From contig JAZOSU010000015.1 of assembly GCA_045657265.1 (NCBI GenBank), positions 7,826 to 71,825 of the forward strand: a stretch of DNA of 64,000 nt, written 5' to 3'. The DNA is from Eubacteriales bacterium (GTDB lineage Bacteria; Bacillota; Clostridia; Oscillospirales; QAKW01). Shown in pieces: positions 57,014-64,000 of this stretch. The translations under genes and the position numbers were made by a program. The notes under the pieces were generated by a model, which saw only the letters and a program-made list of their open reading frames with translations, ran no database searches and was not told the origin of the DNA. Every line of letters begins with the position of its first letter. Position 1 is the first letter of the stretch.

Positions 57014-58030
57014 TTATTTATCAAATCCGTTAGGATTGTTTTTCTGCCAGTTCCAAGCGTCACGGCACATTTCGTCAATGCCTTTTTGTGCTACAAAACC
57101 GAGTTCGGCTTTTGCTTTTGCTGTATCTGCATAAAGAGAAGCAACATCACCGGGACGACGAGCAACTATTTCGTAATTGATAGTTACACCACTTGCTTTT
57201 TCAAATGCTTTAACTACGTCGAGAACGCTGTAACCTTTACCGGTACCAAGATTGTAAACAAATACACCTTTGTTGTCTTTGTTTGTTTCTATAGCTTTAA
57301 CGTGACCGATTGCAAGGTCAACTACGTGTATGTAATCGCGAACACCTGTTCCGTCGGGTGTATCATAGTCGTTACCGAATACACGGAGTTTTGGAAGCTT
57401 TCCTATAGCAACCTGCGAAATGTACGGTGTAAGATTGTTAGGAATGTTCTGTGGGTCTTCGCCAATAAGACCGCTTTCATGAGCACCAACTGGGTTGAAA
57501 TAACGTAAAAGTGTAATAGTCCAATCGTTGTTTGCTTTATAAAGGTCATTAAGAATAAGCTCCTGCATATGTTTTGTCTGACCGTAAGGATTTGTAACGT
57601 CTCCTGTTGGGAAGTCTTCTTTTACAGGTACTACTTTTGAATCACCGTAAACAGTAGCTGAAGAAGAAAATACGATGTTGCGAACACCGTGAGCTTCCAT
57701 TACTTCAACAAGATTAAGTGTGCCGCAAATATTGTTGTAATAGTAAAGAATAGGTTTTGCACAGCTTTCGCCTACAGCTTTAAGTCCTGCAAAATGAATA
57801 ACTGCATCTATATCATTTTCATCAAATATTTTGTTCATTGCAGCTTTATCAAGCATATCTGCTTCATAAAATGTAATATCTTTTCCAGTAATTTTTTTGA
57901 TTCTGTTGAGAACCTCAGGTTTACTGTTGTAGAAATTGTCAAAAGCTACCACTTCGTGTCCGTTGTTGAGAAGTTCTACGATGGTGTGAGAACCGATATA
58001 ACCTGTGCCTCCGGTTACTAAGAGTTTCAT
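57014..58030 (-). CDS. galE: UDP-glucose 4-epimerase
   Basis: 338 aa from ATG 58030. VTGGTGYIGSH Rossmann motif, YGQTK catalytic YxxxK. Confidence 0.95.
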   Translation of the reverse strand: MKLLVTGGTGYIGSHTIVELLNNGHEVVAFDNFYNSKPEVLNRIKKITGKDITFYEADMLDKAAMNKIFDENDIDAVIHFAGLKAVGESCAKPILYYYNNICGTLNLVEVMEAHGVRNIVFSSSATVYGDSKVVPVKEDFPTGDVTNPYGQTKHMQELILNDLYKANNDWTITLLRYFNPVGAHESGLIGEDPQNIPNNLTPYISQVAIGKLPKLRVFGNDYDTPDGTGVRDYIHVVDLAIGHVKAIETNKDNKGVFVYNLGTGKGYSVLDVVKAFEKASGVTINYEIVARRPGDVASLYADTAKAKAELGFVAQKGIDEMCRDAWNWQKNNPNGFDK

Positions 58031-58075
58031 AATGAATAATCCCTTTCTTAATATATTCAAATTATTATTTTAAAT

Positions 58076-59146
58076 TTAAAACAGTTCAGCTAAACTGATT
58101 ATTAAATTAGTTACAGATTCTTTGTCTGACGGAATTTTATGAGTATCTTGTCTGAAAGATTCTACTCTTTGTTTTAGCATAGGTAAAGTAAACGCTACAT
58201 TTTGTCCGCCTGAACTGTTTGGCATAGTTATAAATCTTGACTCTTTAAATCTTAATGATTTATACAATAATGGTATATATGAATCTTGTGAATTATCATC
58301 GCCATTAAATAATTTGTTTTCCATAACTTCACAAGATTCAATTGTATCTCCGATTATTATGTATGGAATATTTGAGTGAACACCTGTATAAAAGCATAGA
58401 TTTGTTACACCTTTGACATTTTTTATTGCAGCAGTTACTGCGCAGCCAATAAGCATATCAAATGTATCATATTCTATTTCGGTAACAAGTACATTTGACT
58501 CGAAATCATATTGGATATTAAACCGCCTGTTGTCCAGAAGTTTTGTTATTCTGTCAACAACGTATTTCAAATACTTATTGGCGTTGATCAAAGTAGCATT
58601 GCTTTTCTTTAAATTATCAGTGAATAAAGCTATCTGCTCTATTTCGTTTCTGATTTTTAAAGTATCAATAAATATTTTGTTATTGTAAAGATCTTTGATA
58701 TCAAGATTTTCATCATTTCTGAGCTGTGCAATGATATCCGATGAGTACCATTTTGTTGCTTCGTTGGCTTTGTTTATGAGATATTTGAGCTCTTTGTTTT
58801 CATTTCTTTCAAAACTAATAGTTGTGTTATCAACTAAGAGTAATGAAGCAAATTTTTCATCGTTAATTATTACAGGGAATATAAAACACTTCTTGGGTGT
58901 ATCAGTTCTTAGACATTCAAAATCAAAAGAAAAAGATAATTGATTTATGATAGCGCTTTGTATCTTAGGAAAAAGAGCTGATGGTATATAACAATTAATT
59001 AAAACATTCTCGTTGGTATCAAGTTTATATTCGTAACTAAAAGACTTGGAATAATACATTATTCTCAAATGCTCGTCAACACATATTACTACATCGTTAG
59101 AATCGTAATATAAATTTGAAAAATAAAAATAAGGACTTTGTTTCAT
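58076..59146 (-). CDS. hypothetical protein; PAS-like N-terminus plus degenerate histidine-kinase-like C-terminus (weak call)
   Basis: 356 aa. Residues ~15-105 have a PAS-like pattern (VVICVDEHLRIMYYSKSF ... ASLLLVDNT). DIIAQLRNDENLDI aligns to the H-box xxxSHELRNPLxxI with His replaced by Ala. LIGCAVTAAIKN is N-box-like. SSGGQNVAFTLP resembles the end of a HATPase domain. By-eye alignment only. Confidence 0.45.
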   Translation of the reverse strand: MKQSPYFYFSNLYYDSNDVVICVDEHLRIMYYSKSFSYEYKLDTNENVLINCYIPSALFPKIQSAIINQLSFSFDFECLRTDTPKKCFIFPVIINDEKFASLLLVDNTTISFERNENKELKYLINKANEATKWYSSDIIAQLRNDENLDIKDLYNNKIFIDTLKIRNEIEQIALFTDNLKKSNATLINANKYLKYVVDRITKLLDNRRFNIQYDFESNVLVTEIEYDTFDMLIGCAVTAAIKNVKGVTNLCFYTGVHSNIPYIIIGDTIESCEVMENKLFNGDDNSQDSYIPLLYKSLRFKESRFITMPNSSGGQNVAFTLPMLKQRVESFRQDTHKIPSDKESVTNLIISLAELF

Positions 59147-59176
59147 TTATTTATACCTGATTGTTTGTTACTTATC

Positions 59177-59205
59177 ATTATATTACACATAAAATTGATT
59201 GTAAA
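59177..59205 (-). promoter_or_regulatory. candidate sigma-A promoter (TTTACA-17-TATAAT) for the 58076-59146 gene
   Basis: Minus strand: -35 TTTACA (59205-59200), 17-nt spacer, -10 TATAAT (59182-59177). Confidence 0.5.
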
Positions 59206-59215
59206 GAGAGAAATA

Positions 59216-59851
59216 CTAAATATCATCAATATGTTTAAGTACGTTTTCCAAATCGTTGAAAATTGGCACTTTTGCCGCCATACAACGCTTTTGACTCATA
59301 TGCCCTCTTGGAACAAGAACGCATTTTGCACCTAATTGTTTTGCCATGTCAGCATCTGATAACAGATCTCCTATAAATAAAACCTCAGAGGGTTTGTAAC
59401 CGTTTTTCAAAATGTATGATTTTGCGTTTTCTGTTTTCGAGCCGACTCCTGTATCTTTCATACCGATAATTGTATCGAAATACTTGTCTAAATCGTATTT
59501 TTTTGTTTCCTGAAAAAGATATTGTTCGTATAGAGAAGACATAAGGATATTGTTAATACCCATTTTTTTGGATGTTTCAATAGCTTTTGGGAAATCATAA
59601 AATATTTCGGACAAATTTTCATTTTTAAGACAGTATTTTCTGAATTCGACAGATAATACTGAAATATCAATGTTATGGATTCCTATGGTAGAATAATACT
59701 TATCCAGAGGCATTATTAGGTTTTCTATATAATGTTTTTTGTCAGTAGGAGGGAGATTTCGAACCTTAAGCATATCATTTACCGCGGCTACCGAGGTGTC
59801 TACGTCATTGATTACTGTTCCGTTAAAATCCCATATAATTAGTTTAATCAT
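59216..59851 (-). CDS. HAD-superfamily hydrolase
   Basis: 211 aa. WDFNGTV (DxD-type motif I variant), GDLLSD motif IV. Confidence 0.7.
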   Translation of the reverse strand: MIKLIIWDFNGTVINDVDTSVAAVNDMLKVRNLPPTDKKHYIENLIMPLDKYYSTIGIHNIDISVLSVEFRKYCLKNENLSEIFYDFPKAIETSKKMGINNILMSSLYEQYLFQETKKYDLDKYFDTIIGMKDTGVGSKTENAKSYILKNGYKPSEVLFIGDLLSDADMAKQLGAKCVLVPRGHMSQKRCMAAKVPIFNDLENVLKHIDDI

Positions 59852-59862
59852 AGTTTTTAATT

Positions 59863-59893
59863 AGTAAAAAGCCACCGAAATTTTCGGTGGCTT
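59863..59893 (-). terminator. intrinsic terminator of rpmE
   Basis: 9-bp stem GCCACCGAA/TTCGGTGGC. Minus-strand tail is UUUUUAC. Confidence 0.75.
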
Positions 59894-59900
59894 AATTTGA

Positions 59901-60110
59901 TTAGTCAAGATTGTATCTTTTCTTAAATTTGTCTACACGACCGCCGGAGTCAACCAGCTTCTGTTTGCCGGTGAAGAAGGGATGGCATTTTGAACAAATT
60001 TCAACTCTGATATCGCCTTTTGTTGATCTTGTTTCAAAAGTTTCACCACATGCACATCTTACTGTAGCTTTATCGTAATTAGGATGGATTCCCTCTTTCA
60101 TTTTTTTCAC
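59901..60110 (-). CDS. rpmE: 50S ribosomal protein L31 (zinc-binding type A)
   Basis: 69 aa. MKEGIHPNY...; CxC...CxxC (RCACGE ... CSKCHPF). Confidence 0.95.
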   Translation of the reverse strand: MKKMKEGIHPNYDKATVRCACGETFETRSTKGDIRVEICSKCHPFFTGKQKLVDSGGRVDKFKKRYNLD

Positions 60111-60141
60111 CTCTTTTGAGTTATTTCATTTACGCCGACAT

Positions 60142-60170
60142 AGTATATCACAAAGATTTCACAAATGCAA
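60142..60170 (-). promoter_or_regulatory. candidate sigma-A promoter for rpmE (TTGCAT-17-TGA-TATACT)
   Basis: Minus strand: -35 TTGCAT (60170-60165), 17-nt spacer ending in TGA, -10 TATACT (60147-60142). Confidence 0.55.
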
Positions 60171-60186
60171 GAACTTTTTTTATTAA

Positions 60187-61461
60187 TTATACATTTTTAT
60201 CTAAAAAAGCGTATTTGTCAGAATTTTTGTCCCTAAATGCTTCTGGGATCTGAGCGCCGAAAACTAAAGCAGTCTCAAAAGCACCATAATTTGCAGACAC
60301 AAGAACGTCTCTGTCCTTTGTTATTATTATGACGTTTGAATCAGAAAGAGCATAGTCATATACATTTCCGCTGAGTTTAAATGGAACTGTAATATTATCA
60401 CCTTGATTACATCCGGCTTTTTTATTTTTGTTGTCGCCCCACACGTAAAGTTCACCTGAATGAGAAAGGGCAGAGCAGGTGTTGTTGTTGATTTCAATTT
60501 TTTCTATTCCACTCAAAGTGTGGATAAGCTCTGCTTTAAAATCAAGACCGTTGTTTCCAAGTTGACCGTTTTCGTTTATTCCTGCTGTGTAAACTTCACC
60601 ATTTACACTAAGAACCATCGAATAGTAATTGCCTACTCTGACGTCTTTGACACCCTGCATTATTTTAGTAAGTTCAGTTGAAGATATCGCAGTTTTATTT
60701 CCCAATTGTGAATATGAGTTGTCACCTGCAGCATATAACGTACCGTATTTATCAATTATCATAAGATGTGTGTCAGAAATTGCAGCTTTTGCCACGTTAT
60801 TTTTAATAAATACAGGTTTTGATTTGTTTTTGGTTGTTGCATCACCAAGTTGACCGTATTCGTTGAAACCTAAAGCATATAACTCATAGTTTTTTGTTAT
60901 ATATATGAGTGAGTTGGAAGTGAAATCACAATATTCAACATTTTTTGCAATGGTTTCATTTTTAAATTCAATAAGTTTACCATCGTATTTTGAGTATAAC
61001 AAATAACCGTCAAGTATTAAATCACCTTTTTCGGTAATGGTTGCTTTGAGTGTTTTTGAAGAATCCAAAAAACTGACTTTGTTAAAAGCGGTTATTGAAG
61101 TATATGCATCTGCTTCTTTTGTCAGTTTAAATGCATCGTTTTTTGAGTTAATAAAGAAAACATCATTGTTTTGTGCAAATGCTTTGATAGGTAAAAGGGG
61201 ATATGCTGCATCTGCGCCTTTTTTTGTTAACATTGTTGCGTATTCTTCTTTTGCGTTGTAAGAAGTTACTCTGTTAAAAATCTTAATGTTATTTGATTTT
61301 ATGAAAATAATGGCAAAAACAATACAGCAAATTAAAGACAGGGAAGATATAATTGCTGAAAATTTTCTTAACCCCATTTTTTGCTTTTTGTTTGAAATAA
61401 GATAAATTACAGCAAAAAGTATGAATACTATAAGTGAAATCAGAGAAGTTTTTAAAAACAT
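60187..61461 (-). CDS. membrane-anchored RCC1-like repeat (beta-propeller) protein, paralogue B
   Basis: 424 aa. Two N-terminal TM helices. Repeats carry YGQLGD, YSQLGN, NGQLGN signatures about 50 aa apart. AGGAG RBS in the 10-nt gap after paralogue A. Confidence 0.75.
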   Translation of the reverse strand: MFLKTSLISLIVFILFAVIYLISNKKQKMGLRKFSAIISSLSLICCIVFAIIFIKSNNIKIFNRVTSYNAKEEYATMLTKKGADAAYPLLPIKAFAQNNDVFFINSKNDAFKLTKEADAYTSITAFNKVSFLDSSKTLKATITEKGDLILDGYLLYSKYDGKLIEFKNETIAKNVEYCDFTSNSLIYITKNYELYALGFNEYGQLGDATTKNKSKPVFIKNNVAKAAISDTHLMIIDKYGTLYAAGDNSYSQLGNKTAISSTELTKIMQGVKDVRVGNYYSMVLSVNGEVYTAGINENGQLGNNGLDFKAELIHTLSGIEKIEINNNTCSALSHSGELYVWGDNKNKKAGCNQGDNITVPFKLSGNVYDYALSDSNVIIITKDRDVLVSANYGAFETALVFGAQIPEAFRDKNSDKYAFLDKNV

Positions 61462-61471
61462 AATTACTCCT

Positions 61472-62869
61472 TTATTCTTTTATTGTCACAAGTGTTGAAA
61501 ACTCGGTTGTTGATTTCGCTTTTCCAAGTTGACCGCAGTTGTTGTAACCGCAGACTTTAACTTCACCGCTTTCAGTTAAAATAACGGTGTGAAGACCACT
61601 TGCTTCAAAATCAAAAACTTCTGTTGCGGCAAGTGTTGGTGTGTTGATGTTGTCTGTGGATCCTGTTCCCAACTGTCCAACTGTGTTCTGACCGAAAACG
61701 TAAAGCTCGTTCGAATTTGTAAGTATGTAACTGCTTTTTTTAGCTGCGCTGATTTGTTTTGCGTTAGTGTATACCGCTGTAAAGGAGGTAATGTTGTTGT
61801 TAGCCAAATTTCCGAGCTGGCCGTACTCTCCGCCACCGCAAACCGTTACTTCACCACTTTTGTTTAAAAGCATAATATAGTTGTCGCCTGCAGCAATTTG
61901 TGAAATGTTATTTCCAATAACAGTAGGGGAATTAAAACTTTTTCCTTCTTTTCCGAATTGATGGAATGTGTTTTCTCCAAAAGCAACAGCTTCGCCTGAT
62001 TTCTGAAGAGCAACGGTAAAACTTGCTTCGCATTTTACTGATATCACATTTCCAAGTACACTTACGGGAGATGATTGATTTTCGTTATTGTATGTTCCGA
62101 GTTGTCCGAAAACTCCGTTTCCGTACATATATAACTTGTTGTCTGTTTTTATTATTCCGACGGTTGTTTCGGAAATTGAAAAATCAAGTACGTTTTCAGA
62201 AACAAGCTTGAATTCACTTTTGGTGTCCTCTTCAGGAGTTTTGATTGGGATTAATTTGTTTTTGTTGTTGCCGATAGCATATAGACGGTTTTTGTTGTCC
62301 AGAATAAAGCATATGTCTTCATTTGCGGATATTTGTTTTGCGTTTTGGAAAATAACACCTGTGGGTGCATTTTCAATTTGAGGTGAATGTTGTTTGCCGA
62401 AACAATAAACGTCTCCGTTTGTTGTTAAAACGAACGTACTTTCCAAGCCGGTGAAAACAGATTCAACTTCACCTGAAACAGATGTGGCCTGTTCATAATC
62501 ACTTTTGTTCTGTGATGTGATTTCTTTTGAATATTTGTAGTTTTGTATTATGGACGGTATGTTGTCATATGCAACAATTGTTAATACTATTGCAAGTAAA
62601 ATACCGGAAGAAATGTAAATGGTGTTTTTTGATATTGCAGGTATTTTTGATGTAAGTTGAGTTATGGGGTTTGTGTTCATATAATCAGTTCTTTTTGATG
62701 GTAGAAAACAAACAATTATAAAACCGATAATGTTAAAGAAAAAGCCAAAAATACCCCAAGCTCTGCTTCTGCCTTTTATTTGAGCAAGTCTTGAAGAGAA
62801 AAAAGCACAGAATGAAATTTCAATAAGTGCTAAAAATATTCCAAAAACTGTAAATCCTATGTTAATCAA
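61472..62869 (-). CDS. membrane-anchored RCC1-like repeat (beta-propeller) protein, paralogue A
   Basis: 465 aa. Apparent TTG start, with GGAG 10 nt upstream. Three TM helices, then repeats with FGQLGT, HQFGK, YGQLGN, VGQLGT, CGQLGK signatures. Confidence 0.75.
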   Translation of the reverse strand: MINIGFTVFGIFLALIEISFCAFFSSRLAQIKGRSRAWGIFGFFFNIIGFIIVCFLPSKRTDYMNTNPITQLTSKIPAISKNTIYISSGILLAIVLTIVAYDNIPSIIQNYKYSKEITSQNKSDYEQATSVSGEVESVFTGLESTFVLTTNGDVYCFGKQHSPQIENAPTGVIFQNAKQISANEDICFILDNKNRLYAIGNNKNKLIPIKTPEEDTKSEFKLVSENVLDFSISETTVGIIKTDNKLYMYGNGVFGQLGTYNNENQSSPVSVLGNVISVKCEASFTVALQKSGEAVAFGENTFHQFGKEGKSFNSPTVIGNNISQIAAGDNYIMLLNKSGEVTVCGGGEYGQLGNLANNNITSFTAVYTNAKQISAAKKSSYILTNSNELYVFGQNTVGQLGTGSTDNINTPTLAATEVFDFEASGLHTVILTESGEVKVCGYNNCGQLGKAKSTTEFSTLVTIKE

Positions 62870-62899
62870 TTTGAATATACTCCTTCGATTAATAAATAT

Positions 62900-62928
62900 A
62901 TAATAATTGAACTTTCAAAAATTTACAA
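62900..62928 (-). promoter_or_regulatory. candidate sigma-A promoter for the RCC1-like gene pair (TTGTAA-17-TATTAT)
   Basis: Minus strand: -35 at 62928-62923, 17-nt spacer, -10 at 62905-62900. Confidence 0.4.
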
Positions 62929-62998
62929 GTCTTTTATTACACTTTCCTTCTGAATAAATGGCTGATTAAATATAAAACTAAACAAAGAGGTTGATTTT

Positions 62999-64000
62999 AT
63001 GAAAAAAATTGTCACGATACTTCTCATAGTATCTCTTTGTATAGGAATTTATATAGGTTTGCAACCATCGGAATATTCTTTTTATTCCGATGAAAAAATC
63101 AAATCGGATTATCCTTTTGTAACTCTTGATGTTGAAAGTAAAGAAACGTATTCCGGAGTAGAAACGCAAAAACTTTTTGACAGATATGAAGCAAAAGTTA
63201 AACTGTTTGGTTTTTTGCCTGTTAAATCTGCTAAAATAAGTATTTTACAAAAAGAAAATGTTATTCCTTTAGGTAAAGCTTTTGGAGTTAAATTGTATAC
63301 TGAGGGTGTAATCATCGTAGATGTTACTGATTTTGTACACAATGGAAAAATTCAGAATCCTGCTTATGATGTCGGTATCAGAGAAGGTGATATAATTATT
63401 TCGTATAACGATGTAAAAATCAAATCAAACGAAGACCTTTCATCGCAGGTTAGACTTAGTGAGGGGAAGCCTCAAAAGGCGGTTATAAAAAGAAATAATC
63501 TCGTTTTTGAAGCAGATATTACCCCTGTCACAGACGATGCGGACGGCAATTATAGAATAGGTCTTTGGGTTAGAGACAGTACAGCGGGAATAGGTATGTT
63601 GACGTTTTTAAATCCAAAAGATAATTCGCTTGTAGGTCTCGGGCATTCAATATCAGATAGTGATACGGGACTTGTAATGCCGGTTGCAACAGGAGAATTG
63701 GTTTTGGCCGATATCGAAGGAGTAGTTAAAGGAACAAGCGGAAAACCCGGAGAACTTCTTGGCTCTTTTATTGATAATTCAACGATAGGTATTTTGACGA
63801 GCAATAAAAAAACAGGTCTTATAGGAACATGCGTAACTGAAGAGTTTTCAAATCTTGAAAGCTTTCCTATTGCTCTTAAAGATGAAATTACAGTTGGAGA
63901 TGCTTATATTTTATCCTGCGTTAATGGTACGCAGGTGGAAAAATACCAGGTTGAAATAATTAAAAAAAATAACAATTTGCAAGAAACTAAGAATATGATA
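62999..64000 (+). CDS. spoIVB: SpoIVB peptidase (S55), 5' partial; runs off the window end
   Basis: Not in the ORF track because there is no stop in the window. My translation from ATG 62999 (AAGAGG RBS) gives 334 aa: signal/TM MKKIVTILLIVSLCIGIYIGL; PDZ region GVKLYTEGVIIVDV...GIREGDIIISYN; RIGLWVRDSTAGIGMLTF...LVGLGHSISDSDTG containing the catalytic-His region. Confidence 0.85.
   Translation, partial: MKKIVTILLIVSLCIGIYIGLQPSEYSFYSDEKIKSDYPFVTLDVESKETYSGVETQKLFDRYEAKVKLFGFLPVKSAKISILQKENVIPLGKAFGVKLYTEGVIIVDVTDFVHNGKIQNPAYDVGIREGDIIISYNDVKIKSNEDLSSQVRLSEGKPQKAVIKRNNLVFEADITPVTDDADGNYRIGLWVRDSTAGIGMLTFLNPKDNSLVGLGHSISDSDTGLVMPVATGELVLADIEGVVKGTSGKPGELLGSFIDNSTIGILTSNKKTGLIGTCVTEEFSNLESFPIALKDEITVGDAYILSCVNGTQVEKYQVEIIKKNNNLQETKNMI

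Noticed and set aside
62950-62985. Forespore-type promoter upstream of spoIVB (GAATA ... AAAACTA)
   Set aside because: GAATA fits the -35 pattern, but the -10 candidate matches only about 5 of 7 positions and the spacing is ambiguous. Left unannotated.
1-64000. tRNA, rRNA, tmRNA, prophage, integron, toxin-antitoxin or known defence-system genes
   Set aside because: Every gap over 70 nt was read on both strands. None has tRNA cloverleaf features (no GTTCGAATC-type T-loop with an acceptor stem) or rRNA signatures. No ORF shows integrase, transposase, nuclease-helicase defence, reverse-transcriptase or short TA-pair architecture. RecD2 and MutS2 here are in their normal housekeeping contexts.

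Overview
This looks like a core chromosomal segment of a low-GC, endospore-forming Firmicute, probably Clostridia-like; that taxon guess is my inference from protein motifs and gene order only. About 60 tightly packed genes fill the window. I found no rRNA, tRNA, CRISPR array, transposase, integrase, phage gene or recognisable defence or toxin-antitoxin gene. Gene order: str operon (rpsL-rpsG-fusA-tuf); FMN riboswitch plus ribU-like transporter; SAM-I riboswitch plus metK; recD2-comFC; mreB; a minus-strand envelope-lipid-type cluster (GT2, PAP2-like, MFS, GDPD); a P-loop ATPase divergent from sigG-mecA; eno; ylbJ. A block follows that is syntenic with B. subtilis yqfC-yqfD-phoH-ybeY-dgkA-era-yqzL-recO. 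After it come mutS2, yqeG, efp, uvrC, rsmD-coaD and ylxM-ffh-rpsP-khpA-rimM-trmD. Next are a 1581-aa SLH-anchored beta-helix wall protein, a D-Ala-D-Ala carboxypeptidase, pgi, and the run DUF1015-M18 aminopeptidase-SLT-coaE-sua5/tsaC-prfA-DUF951. The window ends with an S1-domain protein, a U32 peptidase, galE, a degenerate PAS/histidine-kinase-like orphan, rpmE, two tandem membrane-anchored RCC1-like propeller proteins and the 5' part of spoIVB. The least ordinary feature is non-coding. The 358-nt spacer between the convergent S1-domain and U32 genes (54573-54934) is closed by a perfect 15-bp inverted repeat that abuts both stop codons. Inside it is a nested array of CGATAT(A)-plus-mini-hairpin units, four forward and three or four inverted. 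I cannot assign it to any RNA or repeat class I know. I see no convincing multi-gene novel system; the other findings are modest and labelled as such.
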